A DNA stretch of 64,000 nucleotides from Octopus vulgaris (taxonomy: Eukaryota), in assembly GCA_951406725.2 (NCBI GenBank), contig OX597818.1, positions 129,456,001 through 129,520,000 of the forward strand, written 5' to 3'. Shown here piece by piece: positions 24,162-38,983 of the stretch. The notes beneath the pieces were generated by a model. It made no database searches. It was not told where the DNA came from and worked only from the letters and a program-made list of their open reading frames with translations. Position numbers and translations under genes: made by a program. Positions within the stretch are counted from its first letter, which is position 1. Each line of letters begins with the position of its first letter.

Positions 24162-24804
24162 TACAAATGCACATATCATTTATGTCTGTCTATGTATGTA
24201 CGTATGCACTTATGTATGTATGTATGTATGTAAGTATGTATGTATGCATGTATCTACCTATCTATCTATCAATCAATATAATATATATATATATATATAT
24301 ATATAAGGGTGAGAGATGGTTCAAGTACTGGAGAAATGATGGTGCAGAGGAGAAGACAGGAGAGTAGATATGTAGATGTCCAAGAAAATTAGTCTAATAA
24401 ATCAGTATTAAAGAATTTTGACAGAGATAGAGAGAGAGAGAGGGGAAGAGATAGAGGGAGAGAGAGCGTGGGAAGGAGAAAGAAAAGGATGAGAGAGAGG
24501 GACAGAGAGAGAGAGAGTAAAGTTTGAATAGAAAAGAATAAGAGTAATTGGAAGTGATAAAGATGGAGGTATATAGAGTATGGTGCAGGGTGGAAAGAAG
24601 AATGGGGTGGAAGGGTATTTTATGTACAGTTGATGTGGTGGCATGGGTGACTGCTCAAACTCAAGAACCGGTGCTTATACATACACCTGCCACATATCTG
24701 TGTATGTGTGTGTACATATATACACACACATATATATATATACACATTCATACACACACATATATAGACACACATATACATACATAATCATCATCATCAT
24801 CATC

Positions 24805-24842
<38 letters not shown>

Positions 24843-25566
24843 TCACACACATATGTGATATGGAAACAAATATGTATATAAACATATATATATATAAATA
24901 AATATATATATATCCATAAATGTATTTAGATATATATATATATATATATATCTATATATATATATCTATCTATATATATATATATATATAAATGGATGTA
25001 TATAAATATATGTTTGTTTGTGTGGATCTATATATGCATGTGTGTGCATATATGTAAGTATATGTGTGTGTGCATGTACACACACATACACGCACACAAT
25101 TTCCTTGTATGGCCCACTCTCTTATCATTGAATTTGCTACAGGGATGATATGAGGATGGGACAAAAGAGAAAGAGAGCAGTGTAAGAGGGAAATGTAGCT
25201 CAATTTATGGATTTAAATGTGAAAGAAGCAAAGAGAAAAAATATGAGGGGAAGAAATCATGAGAGTGACAGAAACAGAAAAAGATAGAAAAGGGGAAAGA
25301 TAGAAGAACAATGGTAAATAAAAAAAGGGAAAAAGGAAAATTATTATTATTATTATTATTATTATTCCTTGTTATTACAGAGAGTTTATTTTTTTCTATA
25401 CATATATATATATTTTACAATATCTTTCCCAACCTCTAACCTGACAATTCAAAAACCTTGTACAGATTGCAGGCACTTCCTCCCATACAGTTATCTATTA
25501 CACAAGCACACATGCAAATACATTCACATTTGAAAGCTAATACATCTTATAATCATACATTATATG

Positions 25567-25597
<31 letters not shown>

Positions 25598-25929
25598 GCT
25601 TGGCTCTTCACCATTATACCAGAAACTATGAATAATGGCTCAGCCATTATTCACAGTTTGTGTGTAATCTCAAGCATCTTCAGAAAGTTTTTACGCTAGC
25701 TATAAAGGTCATAAAAGTGTGCCTGTGTCTATGTATGTATGTATGTATGTATGTATCTATGTATCTATCTATATAACTATATCAATACATACATGCATGC
25801 ATACACACACATATGCATACATTCATTCATACATACATACACACACACACACACATACACACATACATACATACATACATACATACATACATACATACAT
25901 ACATACATACATACATACATACGTACGTA

Positions 25930-27160
25930 CGTAGCGTTCAGGTTAAATTTGACAGTTTATACCAAAGGGAAAGAAACTAAAATATCCCATCCTAAATAAA
26001 GAATGTTTTAGCAAAAAATATAAATTAGGTTATAACTGGGAGATTACAGTTTACTGAATGTAACCACCATCAGCATCTACTAAGGCCTCAAGATGACCCT
26101 GGAAGCTAGCACATATGTTCTTCACTCTATCACTTCACTTTGAACATCTCCTTGATTTTGGCCACCAGCTCAGCCTTGGTGTCTTTCTTAACCATGGCTC
26201 ACATATAATAATCCCTGAGATTAAAACCAGGAAACTTAGAGGGCTAGAAATTGGGGTTAGTAAAGCAGAAATTCTCTGACAACCACTTCTGACACTTTCT
26301 GGTGGTATGGCAAGGAGCTGGATCCTGTTTCCACACATATGGCCTTCTGGCAGCAACCTGCTCCAGTCTGGGCTTGACCACAGTCTCTAACAACTTCCCA
26401 TAGCTGTCTGAATTGAACCTCATGCCTTGATCGAAGATGTTGGGTGGTATGACATAACCTTCACTGGAGACACACCCAAAGACCATCATAGTTTGGTGCA
26501 CTTGATTATCATAAGACACGGGACATTATATAGATTTTAGGCAAGCCCCTATAGTTCTGGGTGTTGTGCAACTGGTTCTAAGAAGAACCGGATCATCCCT
26601 AGCTCAATAGGATGCCTCAGCTTGTTCAGGAACTTCTCTGCCTTTGACAACCAGTTCTCCTTGATCTTGGCTGTCAGAATCTGTTCTATGCACCTCCTGT
26701 ACAAATGTTAGTGATGGTCCTCATTCAGGGCCAGCTTCATGGTGGCAACTCCAACACCCATCTCTCACTAAACCCTGTATCCCTTTGCTCAGATCTTCCA
26801 TCACCTTGTCCTGTAGTGCTTGGGTGAATTCTGATATGCAAACACAGTCAGAACACTTACTATGTCACCTCCTGCTGGCCATGGCTCTGTAGTCTCTATT
26901 GCAGCTGTCCATATCACCTCTTACAACATTTACAGTATTCATAGAGCAATGAGCAGCAGTTATGATGAAACCAAACGTGAATTATCATGATACAGATGAC
27001 ACTTTCCCAATATTCAGATATCTTTGAGTTCTCCATGTCAGCTAACTTCTTCTTTAATTATACTCTCCAAGGATGTTCACTATTTACCAATACAGGAAGC
27101 TATTCCCCCCCAAAAAAAAGTGGGGACAAAAAAATCATCAAACTTAGCCCAATTATGAAG
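25930..27160 (-). mobile_element. Degenerate Tc1/mariner (maT/DD37D-like) transposon
   Basis: MVFGCVSSEG..YVWKQDPAPCH..QKWLSENF..F*PSKFPGFNLRDYY ends the triad in D, not E. Weak TIR remnants near 25935 and 27150. Confidence 0.75.
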
Positions 27161-27699
27161 AATGAAAAACTTATGTATGGTGATGATGATGATATATGCA
27201 TACATGCATCATACATGTGTGCTTGTGTGATGTGTGTGTGTACACACATACAAACATTGACACTGTACACATGAAAATTTGTTTTTAGATGTTGCTGCTC
27301 TGTGGGACACTTTACAATGTGTCTTCAATTAGAAACATAAAATTTATTCCTATATAAAATGAAATTCTGTATAACGGGCACAACTAGTTATGAGTTAGAA
27401 AACCTTGGGAAAAAAATATGTTTAGTATTATGAGGTACAGAAAAAAAATTTGTTTTCTCAGATTTGTTATAAACGCTGTTGAGAAAACATAGTTCATGCA
27501 TCCTCAAACCAAAAAGCAACTATGAATGTGTTTTTAACTCTACTGCAGTCGATAGGAAAATTGCATGTGCAGCAAACTCCTGCTGGCCATGTCTCTGCAT
27601 TCTCTGCTGCAGCTGTCCATGCCATGTATTACAGCATATACACTATTCATAGAACAATGAATGTTGTGAAAATCCAACAAAATAACTAACTGGAACTCC

Positions 27700-27850
27700 A
27701 TCAGTTATGAAAATGAGGGATCCAGTTGATCCGATCAATGGAACAGCCTGCTCGTGAAATTAACACATGCAAGTGGGTGAACAGACCACAAACAGATGCA
27801 CACCTTATGTGGGCAGAATTACCTACAAGAAAGGAACATGTCTGCTGTAG
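27700..27850 (-). mobile_element. 3' fragment of SINE A tail type ii
   Basis: GATGAGGG..GTTGATCCGATCAA..GGAACAGCCTGCTCGTGAAATTAAC, as at 14480-14535. Confidence 0.7.
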
Positions 27851-28199
27851 TCTATAACCACTATGCCAAAGAGATTCTGGCAACTTTCAAGCATCATATT
27901 AGAAGCTTTTCATCTGTAAAAGTGAATGGTATACCTGCAAGGATTAAGGAGGACACTTCTGCAAATTTTTCTAGATAACAGTGATAGGGAACATATGGCT
28001 ATTAGTCTGGTTACAAGAATGTTGCACAGAATGTTGCCAAGACCTCACTGTATTCAACCAACTGGATTATATGAATAGAGAAAAATAAATCCTCACAGTC
28101 TATGGGTAGGTTAGTGGAAGATATAAGGGATGATGATCTGGGAGCACTTCTGGGTAATCACAAGGACAATATGTGTAATCCCTTCGGGAAGATTTTCAG

Positions 28200-28675
28200 G
28201 GGAAATCAACCTAGTTTGACAAACTTCGGAGAATTTTTTTTCCATGCATCAGTAGAGTCATTCTTTTTACATGGTGCAATAACCTGGATGCTTACAAAGA
28301 CAAAAAAAAACCGGAAATCCAAGCTAGATGGAACTTACAGCCAAATGTTAAGAGGAGAACTCATCTCTCCAAGAACTCATCTCACCAAGAAACAACTGTA
28401 TGGAGATCTCCTGCCTGTTTCCACCATTTTAAGGGAAATTTGCTTGCACTTTGCAGGACAATGCTGGTGAGTTAAACAAGAGCTGGCAAGTAACCTATTG
28501 CTATGGATACCAAAACATGGCCATACTCATTCAGGTCATCTGAACACAATGTATGTAGATCATCTTACCAGAGATACTGGATGCCTCCCTGAAGAACTCC
28601 CTCAACTAATACAGATAGATGGCGTGTGCAGGTTAAAAACGTCCGAGGAAGCTCAACCAGATGATTATTATTATC
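28200..28675 (+). mobile_element. RTE-clade LINE 3' fragment
   Basis: ASVESFFLHGAITWMLTK..KLDGTYSQMLR..LYGDLLPVS..LHFAGQCW..LWIPKHG..YVDHL.RDTG, ending in (TTA)n. Confidence 0.8.
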
Positions 28676-29139
28676 CAATTATTGACATTTTGTCTTTTAT
28701 TTTTTCTTTCTTTCTTTTTATTTAATAAGATTTGAAAAGAAAACCAAAAAAAAAAAAACAGAAAATATCCCACCAAATAAAAAAACAACAAAAAATAAAA
28801 GAAAATCATCAAAAATATACAACAATAGAGAAAAGAGAAGCAGAATTTATGACAGAGGGACAGGCATTGAAAGATTTGGTGGTAGTGTGATGGATGTAGG
28901 GGAGTAAAGTGAGCCCTAACTGGAGAAAAGTAACAAATTATTTAGTTAGTAAATGGCTGGCAAAACTCCTTAATTCTTCAATGATTATTCCAAAAGAAAA
29001 ATAAGATAAATAAAATTAGGGCTGAAAATAGGGAAACTAGGTTTATGAAAGAAAAATAAAAAGGTTTTATTTTTTTAAAGTTTGTTTTGTTTTGTTCACA
29101 TCATATTTTTTATCTCTTTTCTTTATGCGTAAATGGATG

Positions 29140-29179
29140 AGCTGATAATACACACACATACACACATGTATATAATGTA

Positions 29180-29223
<44 letters not shown>

Positions 29224-29253
29224 TATCTATACATATATATATAAATACATAGG

Positions 29254-29286
<33 letters not shown>

Positions 29287-29405
29287 GTATGTATATAAAT
29301 GTGTGTATATATATATATACATATATATGTATATATATATGTATGCATATATATATATACACATACATACATGTCTATATATATGTATATATACATATGT
29401 ATGTG

Positions 29406-29437
<32 letters not shown>

Positions 29438-29817
29438 TATGTGTATGTATATATATACATACATACATGTATATATATGTATATATATATATATGTATAT
29501 TATATATACATACATATATATATGTATGTATATATATATATATATATATACACATACATACATGTGTATATATATATACACATATATACATGTGTATATA
29601 TGTATATAATATGTGTGCAAATATATATATCATATAAATACAAATGTGTGTACATGTGTATACATATGAGCTTATATATGTTTGTATGTGATATATACAT
29701 ATGTATATATATATATGTATGTACATATATGTACATGCATATATGTGTGTGTGTATGTGTGTATATATGTATATATGTATCTGTTTATCTATAAAAATCT
29801 ATCTAGCTATCTATCTA

Positions 29818-29872
<55 letters not shown>

Positions 29873-29876
29873 GTAA

Positions 29877-29907
<31 letters not shown>

Positions 29908-29915
29908 AATATATA
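29140..29915. repeat. (AT)n/(ATGT)n compound microsatellite
   Basis: Direct inspection. Similar tracts at 36250-36480, 36950-37355, 44700-45130 and 50990-52150. Confidence 0.95.
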
Positions 29916-30698
29916 AAAGAAGGGAGAAAGAGGAACAAAAAAAATTAATGAAAGAAAATATATTATATGAAACAGAAATAGTTTATAGTGGGTGGTTGAA
30001 GGAGGGAGGAAGGCTAGGTGGGACAGACCAGTGGGGAGTGGGGCTCGATGGGCTGTCCAATTTGCCCAGCTTCTTATGATAATAATGGTCTGACATGGAG
30101 CCAGTTGTTCATCATTATCATCCTCCCCACCACCATCACCACCGTTACCACCCTCTGCCACTACCACCACTGTCATCACAAACAGGTCCACCATTATCAA
30201 TGTTGTTGCCTTAAACATTGCTGTCATAGCCAAAAAAAAAAAATTTACTGTTATTGTCACTGTGGTTAAAATTATTTCCACCCTTTATTAATTATTACGG
30301 TTATGCCCACCCCCACACTGTCACCATCGCCATGACCACCACAATGACAACAACGATGACGACCACCACCACCACCACCATCATCTCTATTATCATCACC
30401 ATCATGGCCATTATTATCATCATTCTTATTTATATTATATTTCTTGGATTCTTATTTATAACATCATCATCATCATCATCAACAGCAGCAGCAGTAGGAG
30501 CAGCAGTAGCAGCAAGTAACCTTTTTTTGCTTGCTTTTTTTTTTTGTGTTTTTCCAGTTGGCCAACTTCTCATTCACAATACAAGAAACAAGGAAGGAAA
30601 CATCTGGCCTACAATGCCCTAAATAATAATAACAATGACTAGACTACGACGATGATGATGATGATAAATAAACTTGAAGGGAACACGCTAGGTCAAAC

Positions 30699-30717
30699 TG
30701 GCCGGCAGATGGCACTG
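30699..30717 (+). promoter_or_regulatory. Candidate CTCF-binding motif TGGCCGGCAGATGGCACTG
   Basis: Close fit to the CTCF core (TGGCCASCAGRKGGCRSY) in non-repeat sequence. Motif match only. Confidence 0.4.
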
Positions 30718-31161
30718 ACTGCATTTCAGACCTTCTGCTAAATGAGGTTACTCACAAAATATATCTTGATTTATTTCAGAAAATAATTTTATTTAACATC
30801 ATGAATAATTGTTATGTATGCACGTATGTGTAAATGTATATATGTATATATGTATGTATGCATATGTGTATGTGTGTGTATCTATGTATGTGTGTGTGTG
30901 TGTGCTTGTATGTGTATGCTGGGTGTGTATATATAAATATATATATGTAGATATAGATATAGATATATATATGTATACATACATACCCACACACATATAT
31001 ATATATATACACACACAAAAAAATGTATGCAAAAAAACATATATATATACACACGTATATAAACATGCACTCACAAAAATACAAACACGTGCAAGTACAC
31101 ATATATGTGCACATGAAGGCATATATATATATATGATTGTCTATGTGTGCATGCATGTGTG

Positions 31162-31205
<44 letters not shown>

Positions 31206-31918
31206 TGTGTATGTATCACTCAATCTGTTGTATTGCAGCTCTCACTATCATTGTCTGCATACACACATGAACGTACATGTATATCTACATAAAATCCAAG
31301 GAAAAAAAAAACTTAAACTTAATTATTTTCACTAATGAATACTGGTTGTACACTCCAAAATGCATTATATGTATTTATATCTAAATTTAACGATATTGAG
31401 CACATAAATTTAGAAAACAAGACCACGTTTCTAACATATAGCATGTGTGGAGCCATGTGTGGCTTTAAAAATCATGCTTCTATGACAAGTAAAATTACAG
31501 CCTTAGTAAAAATGGTTCGTATTATTTTCACACTGGGACAAATTTTTAATCAACTTTCTATTTCTTGGAGTCTATGGCGAATGGATAATATTAATCGTAT
31601 GTAGTTCAGAAAATGTGTTCACACACACATACACACACATAATCATATATGTATGTGTGTGTAGAGACACAAAGTTACTGAATACTTATGTCGAGCAATG
31701 GAAGGGTATTACTAGCAAACACATTACTAGTAATTGCTTGCATTGTGGGCTGGTACTAGGTGGAAGTGGCACAAAAAGAAGAGAGGGTGAGGTTTGCTGC
31801 TGAAGAAGTGTGCACAAAAAACCCCCAGAACTTGGACAACATTAGTGATCAGTGTCCTCAAATGCAGTTGTGGTGTTCAAGAGCATGATTCTTGTATAGG
31901 CCTCTGCACTGACAGCAG

Positions 31919-32227
31919 ATGAGGAGGCACATGGCCTAGTGGTTAGAGCAGTGGGCTCATGGTCGAGGGATCACAGGTTCGAATTTCAGACTGGGTGATG
32001 TGTGTGTTTATGAGCGAAACAGCTAAGCCCCATGCGGCTCCAGCAGAAGGTAATGGCGAACTTCTGCTGACTCATTCACCACAACTTTCTCTTACTATTT
32101 CTTCCTGCATCTTGCAGCTCACCTGCGACAGACTGGCGTCCCATTCAGGTGGGGAAGCCTATACACCAAGGAAACTGGGAAACCAGCCCTTATGAGCCTG
32201 GCATGGCTCAAAAAGGAACAAACAGGA
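31919..32227 (+). mobile_element. SINE family A-related, tail type iii
   Basis: 11-bp TSD ACTGACAGCAG at 31908-31918 and 32228-32238. Confidence 0.85.
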
Positions 32228-32279
32228 ACTGACAGCAGGTGTTGCTCTGCCAACACAAACTGAAGCAAGTCTTTCCAAG

Positions 32280-32445
32280 GTTGAGAGGAGAGAAAGATTT
32301 AATGAAACAGCAATATAGAGAAGAAAAATGCAGTGGTTTGGTCATATTGGTAGAATGACTGAATCACTTGCAAATACAATCAGGCTTGGAAAAATAGAAG
32401 ATGCAAGGAAAAGAGAATTGCCAAGGAGAGACTGACTTGCTCACT
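32280..32445 (+). mobile_element. RTE-like LINE 3' remnant
   Basis: RRKMQWFGHIGRMTESLANTIRLGKIEDARKRELPRR. Confidence 0.65.
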
Positions 32446-32519
32446 CACTTGATGTTCTTGTTTGATGAAACTGGGGTCATTCCAGGTAAGTAGTCCCAGA
32501 GAACATCATCATGCATAGA

Positions 32520-32760
32520 GCTGGCTAGGTCCACCACTGCTCTCCATTGCTGGTGGTCTTGTGCCAGCTCCTCTGTATCATCATTCAGGGTGACGTTGAA
32601 CCTCTACAGATTTTCCCCAATCACCTCCAGCCATCTGGTGTGGGGCTTGCCATAAGGCCTCTCCCAGCCTGCAGCTGCTGCATCAGATGAGAATAAAGCC
32701 CTGGCAGGATGATCTAGCAGGAGGTGGAGGATATATCCTTACCAGCACATGCAACAGATA
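32520..32760 (-). mobile_element. RTE-like LINE 3' remnant
   Basis: GWERPYGKPHTRWLEVI..ELAQDHQQW on the minus strand. Confidence 0.6.
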
Positions 32761-33200
32761 ACTATGAGGAGGGAGGCTGTGGGTTAATGTGTGCATGCAG
32801 TTTATTATTTTTTTTGGAAACATGATGGTACCATCTGATGTTCTTGATGATTCTCAGGGTTCTGCTTTCAAAACTATGGTCTTCATCATCATCGTTGTTG
32901 TCGTCGTCATCGTCATCATGATGTCTACTTTTCAGTGCTTGCAAGGGTCAGGTGGACTTCATCAGGGTATATTTCTTTTATGGCCAGATGCATTGGATGC
33001 TCTTCCTGTTGCCAAACAGCATCAGTTTCCAACCAAGATAATATTTCTCCATGGCCAGACATGTTTTCATGAGAGATTGGAAATGAATGGCACTGCTTTC
33101 AAGACAGCAATGCTCATTTACAAATATATTGCATGATGCCAAGACAGAAGAACATAAATGCACACACATACACATACATACGTACTCTGATATTTTTATA

Positions 33201-33604
33201 CAGGCATGGCTGTGTGGTAAGAAGCTTGCTTCCCAACTACCTAGTTCTGGGTTCAGTCCCACTGTGTGACACCTTGGCCAAATGTCTTCTGCTATAGCCT
33301 CAGGCCAACCAAAGCCTTGTGAGTGGATTTGGTAGATAGAAACTAAAAGAAGGCTATTGTGTATGTGTGTGTGTGGGGGGGGGTATGCATGTTGTGTGTG
33401 TATCTTTGTGTTTACGGCCTCCCATCACCACTTGATAACCAGAGTTAGTGTGTTTACATCCTCGCAACTTAGCAGTTCAGCAAAAGACACCAATAGAACA
33501 AGTACCAGGCTTAAAAAATAAGTACTGGGGTCAATTCATTCAAATAAAGATTCAAGGTGGTGCTCCAGCTTGGCCACAGTCTAATGAATGAAGCAAGTAA
33601 AAGA
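33201..33604 (+). mobile_element. SINE family B
   Basis: Full-length diverged copy. Confidence 0.85.
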
Positions 33605-33730
33605 TAGCAGATAAAGCATATGTATTTGTGTGTATGAGCGCATGCACACGCATGCATTTGTGTGTGTGTATGTATGTGTATGTGTGTGTGTGTGTAAACA
33701 AACTTTTTGCTTTTGGATGTCTTGAATGTG

Positions 33731-33962
33731 TATCGTATCATACAGTCAAGAAAGTAGTATTTCAAATGCAGTATAGCCGTGGAAATAGCAGAAAGGCTGG
33801 GTATTTTGCATTCAGCCAGTATCTGAGAGGTGTGTGTTCAAGTCCTGTGGCTGTCTGCTGACAACTTTCTCCATAATATAAGAGTAAAATGCACAACCTT
33901 TCTGCTGTCTTAACATCTATCCTGCATTTGAAATACTACTTTCTTTTCTGTATTATATGATA
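33731..33962. repeat. Fold-back/MITE-like element, about 80-bp arms
   Basis: AAGAAAGTAGTATTTCAAATGCAG..AGCAGAAAGG is complementary to CCTTTCTGCT..CTGCATTTGAAATACTACTTTCTT. Confidence 0.8.
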
Positions 33963-33975
33963 TATATATATATAA

Positions 33976-34224
33976 TTGAGTAGTTGAATGAATTATCTTA
34001 TTATGGATAATTCGGTTAACCGATACCTGGGTAGCAAATTCACGTCAGAAAAACACGGTTGAAGCTACATGCCTAGGGCAGAGATCATGTGCTATCGTGT
34101 GGAAATTTGTGTGTTTTTTTGAATACAAATAAATGAAAGAATGGAGTTGAACGACGAATTACAGCCTTCGAAACATATGCTGAAAATAAAATAAAGGAAT
34201 TTTGTTAATTCGTCGTTCAACTCC

Positions 34225-34226
<2 letters not shown>
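33976..34226. mobile_element. Penelope-like terminal fragment with inverted end (second, uninverted copy at 38399-38609)
   Basis: Shared TTGAGTAGTTGAATGAATTATC..GGAGTTGAACGACGAATTA. 21-bp inverted repeat at 34141-34161 / 34206-34226. Confidence 0.6.
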
Positions 34227-34261
<35 letters not shown>

Positions 34262-35020
34262 GGATATGAGAGGTATTGGTGTCAAGAAGACCCAAAGGTG
34301 TCAGATAATGCTGAGTAAGTGTTATGGATAGACTGTAGTTAAACTCCAGGTTAAAAAATGATACGAATGAGGAGTCCAACATAGGTCATGTATTAGCATG
34401 CAAAAAAATATTTAAAAAATTAACAGAATGAGATAAAAAATTCAAGGTTGCGAATATTTTTTAGAACATTTATAAAGAGACTTTCTCTTTATAAATGTTC
34501 TGAAAACTATTCAGCCTTGTTGCTCCCTCACCGTTCTCAAAATATAGCGTTCGTAAAAAATTTTATCTCGTTCGGCTTAACAGCCCTTCTTGTTTGTGTT
34601 ACTGTTATTCTCCTTGTCCTGTCTTTTACTGTTTATATTTTGTACTGTCATTACTGTCCTGTTTTTGTTACCATTTTTACCCCTCCGCAAAAAAATCTCA
34701 AATTTTATTTAATTTGATTTTCACGGGAAGGATTGTTTCATTAAAGTCATGTCTTGCCTTGACCTTCGAAACGTGGAGTAGATTAAACAAAGGCGATTGA
34801 AGAAGGGGAATTTTCCTTGTTTTGTGTGTCCTGTACTCTATTTTTTCGTTGTTTAAGAAAAATGTCCATTTCCTTGGTTTTGTGTTTATGTTTTCGTTTC
34901 TCATTGTGTTCAACGTGCTTTTGGTGTCCTGTACCCATATATGCATGTATATATACATGTAGAGGTAGGTACGTACATATATGTATGTATATATGCATAT
35001 ATTTTATTTATTTATTAATT

Positions 35021-35092
<72 letters not shown>

Positions 35093-35254
35093 GATATAGA
35101 TATATATTATTGACTGCACATACTCAATGTATGTGTTTTGCTTGTTTGCTGGTTTGGCTTTGGTACAACACTCTGGAGATGACTCCCTCACAGTACTGGG
35201 TGTCAAAACCCCTGTATATATACATGTGCACATGGACATAAATAGGCTTTTTTA

Positions 35255-35430
35255 GTTTCTTATTTCTTTATTGTCCACAAGGGGCAAAACATAGAAGGGA
35301 CAAATAAGGACAGACAAAGGGATTAAGTCGATTACATCGACCTCAGTGCATAACTGGTACTTAATTTATCGACCCCGAAAGGATGAAAGGCAAATTTGAT
35401 CTCAGCAGAATTTGAACTCAGAATGTACCA
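35255..35430 (-). mobile_element. SINE family C (younger subfamily), 3' part
   Basis: Matches 11836-12000 and the reverse complement of 47400-47563. Confidence 0.8.
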
Positions 35431-35977
35431 AATCTACCAAATTCACTCGCAATGCTTTGGATAAATCTCTGTATGTCAAGGGTTATATAAGATTTAAAAA
35501 CAGAGATTGTTAAAATAAGCAGCAGATTTTTAAAAAAAGTAAAAAAAAAATGCTAATATTAATGTGTACTCATTAAAAACCCCTTCCAAACAGTGGTGCT
35601 CCAGTATGGTCGCAGTGAAACCAGACTGAAAAACAAATAAAAGCCTCAAAGAATATGTCAAAGTTTCTGCAAAAATACATTCTTTCACAAGTGAATAGAA
35701 GCCCTTGAAAACATCAAACTATTTTAAACACTGTATGAGAATAACCAAATTTTTTGCATCACAGAGAGCATTCTAGCATGATGCAAAAAAATTGGTAAAC
35801 TACTATAATGGTTTTGATCTTTCAACTGTTTCCTATTCGTCTTTGCTTCCCTTTCATCAACAATAAGCAAATCACTGATTTGCACAACTCAACATATAAG
35901 CAATTATGCAGTTAACCTAAACACTCTGCTAATGATGATGCTGATGACATGCAATGATACAAGCATATCTATATGTA

Positions 35978-36014
<37 letters not shown>

Positions 36015-36262
36015 GTCTATATGTATATTATTATTCATACATACACACACACACACACACATACTCACATATATACATACACATATATATATATGGATAT
36101 GTGTGTGAATCATTATACCTATAAACTCACAAACAACTTTATAAGCATGAAAATAATCTATACATATACCGTATAAATAACACGTCATCCATACATAACA
36201 CTTAAATTCAGCAATGTTTAATACTTTCTGATGTTTAGAAAGAAATACACATACAAATATGT

Positions 36263-36307
<45 letters not shown>

Positions 36308-36310
36308 TAC

Positions 36311-36343
<33 letters not shown>

Positions 36344-36360
36344 CATACATATATATATAT

Positions 36361-36429
<69 letters not shown>

Positions 36430-36948
36430 AATACATACATACACACACATATATATATATATTATATATATATATATATAAGTATAAAAAGAGAGAGAGA
36501 GAGAGATAGAGACAGATGGGTTGGTAGATATAGATATTTAGATAAGCATAAATACATTTATGCATATATATAGATAGATATAATATGATCAAGTTTATTT
36601 GCCTTCTAGGCAAGCATTAAGAAAATGATTGGAAAGAAAATCTTTTGTGGGGAAAAAAGTTGTTTTTTTCCGCTATTTCTAGAAGATATCTCAGAAATTT
36701 AATTGAACACACAATACACACACACACACATCAGTGGATGCACACAGATTTTGAGATAGTTTTAAACACACAAGTATAGGTACATATATACATATATATG
36801 CATATATATATGTATTGTGTAGTTAAATATATATATATATATAAATAAATAAATAGATATATATATATAATAATGATAATATGTATTATAACATATATAA
36901 TATTGATAATGTAAGAATATATATGTAAATATGCAATGTGTCACTGCA

Positions 36949-36982
<34 letters not shown>

Positions 36983-37171
36983 ACATTATTAATATATAAG
37001 TACATTCATACATACATATATATATATACATATATATACATACATATATATACATATATATACATACATACGTATATATATACATACATACGTATATATA
37101 TACATATATATACATACATACATATATATATATACATATATATACATACATACATATATATATATATACAT

Positions 37172-37224
<53 letters not shown>

Positions 37225-37236
37225 CATATATATACG

Positions 37237-37296
<60 letters not shown>

Positions 37297-37303
37297 TATA
37301 TAC

Positions 37304-37352
<49 letters not shown>

Positions 37353-38398
37353 TATATTTCTTTTATATATATTTCTGATTCTAAGACTTTGGTAAAAAAA
37401 TAAAAGAATGCTGTGGAGCATATTGTTAAACGCTCTATTTAACAACCAGCATTTATCAATTGAAAGTAGGTATAGGATGAAAACTGTAGAAAAACAACAA
37501 AAACACATAAATCTACATACGATTATCATAAGTATTTGGTTTCTTTGATTTACTTGCCAGCAAACAGATTAAGAGTAAAAAAAAATCTTGACAAAATAAT
37601 TTCTATATGAGTTTTTGAATTTTTTTTTAGTTGGAGCAGGAAAAATTTTTTTTATTTTCCTTTAAAGGGTAAACAATGTTGGTTAATGTGTGAATGATTA
37701 CTGTGTGCGTAGGGTGGTAGTGTGATAGATAAAATTATCTTGTTATGTATCTTTATGTTCCTAGTTCAAGTCAAACCTCTGCCAGGGTCACTTTTACACT
37801 TCATACTTGTGTATGTGTATATGTGGTGGTGGTGGTGGTGGCGGTGGGGTCATTAAAATAATTATCAGACAAATAATGGGTTTGATGGTGTCACTGAAAC
37901 CCTTCTCCACTCCACCATCATTCTTCCACAAATTTGTTGGGGTGAGGAGCCAGTGTTAGGAACCAGTATTGCAGAAAATATGGGGTCTAGTTGAGAGAAG
38001 TGCTAAATCACTGAGCTCTTAGAAAGTTCATCAACACCACTACCTCCATCATCATCATCACTATTATTATGTCATCTCCTTCACTGTTACATGTAGGAAT
38101 GGCTCTGTGGTTTAGAAGTATCTTTTGTAAACATGCGGCTTCAGGTTCAAATCCACTGTGTGGCACTTGGGCAAGTGCCTTCTATTATAGTCCTGGGTTG
38201 ACCAATGCCTTGAGAATGTATCTGAATGGCTGAAACTGCAGGAATTTTTCAATACATAATATAATATAGAATTGGAAGTGCACTGTGACCAGCAAAGTAT
38301 AACAGCATCACATGGTCTGATCACTACAGTGATATATATGTGTATGTGTGTATGTGTGTGTGTGTGTGTGTGCGTATATGTATAGATATGTATGTATA

Positions 38399-38609
38399 TT
38401 TGAGTAGTTGAATGAATTATCTTGTTATGGATAATTCGGTTAACCGATACCTGGGTAGCAAATTCATATCAGAGAAGACACATTTGAAGTTACATGCTTT
38501 CGTGTGGAAATTTGTATGTTTTTTTAAAAATATAAATATATGAAAGAATGGAGTTGAACGACGAATTAACAAAATTCCTTTATTTTCGACATATGTTTCG
38601 AAGGCTGTA
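38399..38609. mobile_element. Second copy of the 33976 element, within microsatellite
   Basis: Direct similarity. The minus strand carries the hammerhead-like 3' half GAAACATATGTC. Confidence 0.6.
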
Positions 38610-38983
38610 TGTATGTATGTGTGTATGTATTATGTATGTGTGTGTATATATACATATATGGCTGTATGTATATATGTATGTGTGTGTATGTGCATATATA
38701 TATATGTTTATTTGTATGAATATGTGTGAGTGGATATATGTATAAGTGTGTATGATTTCAATATTCTACATGTGATACTACTTGAGTAAGGAAGTGAGGA
38801 TTTGGACATCTGTTGCTAACATTGTGACCAGACCGTCTGAATTTTTGAAGACTTGTAGTGTAAATGGATCCTTATCTGAAAAGTATGGAAGGGTTAGTGA
38901 CAAGAATATTCAGGCTTAAAAACATGCTTCAAATAATTCCTCTTGTAACCTATGCTAGTTCAGAAAATTATTAACCATCGTAC

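Noticed and set aside
25623-25659. Small palindrome TGAATAATGGCT-C-AGCCATTATTCA
   Set aside because: Too short and isolated to assign a function; probably a decayed fold-back repeat.
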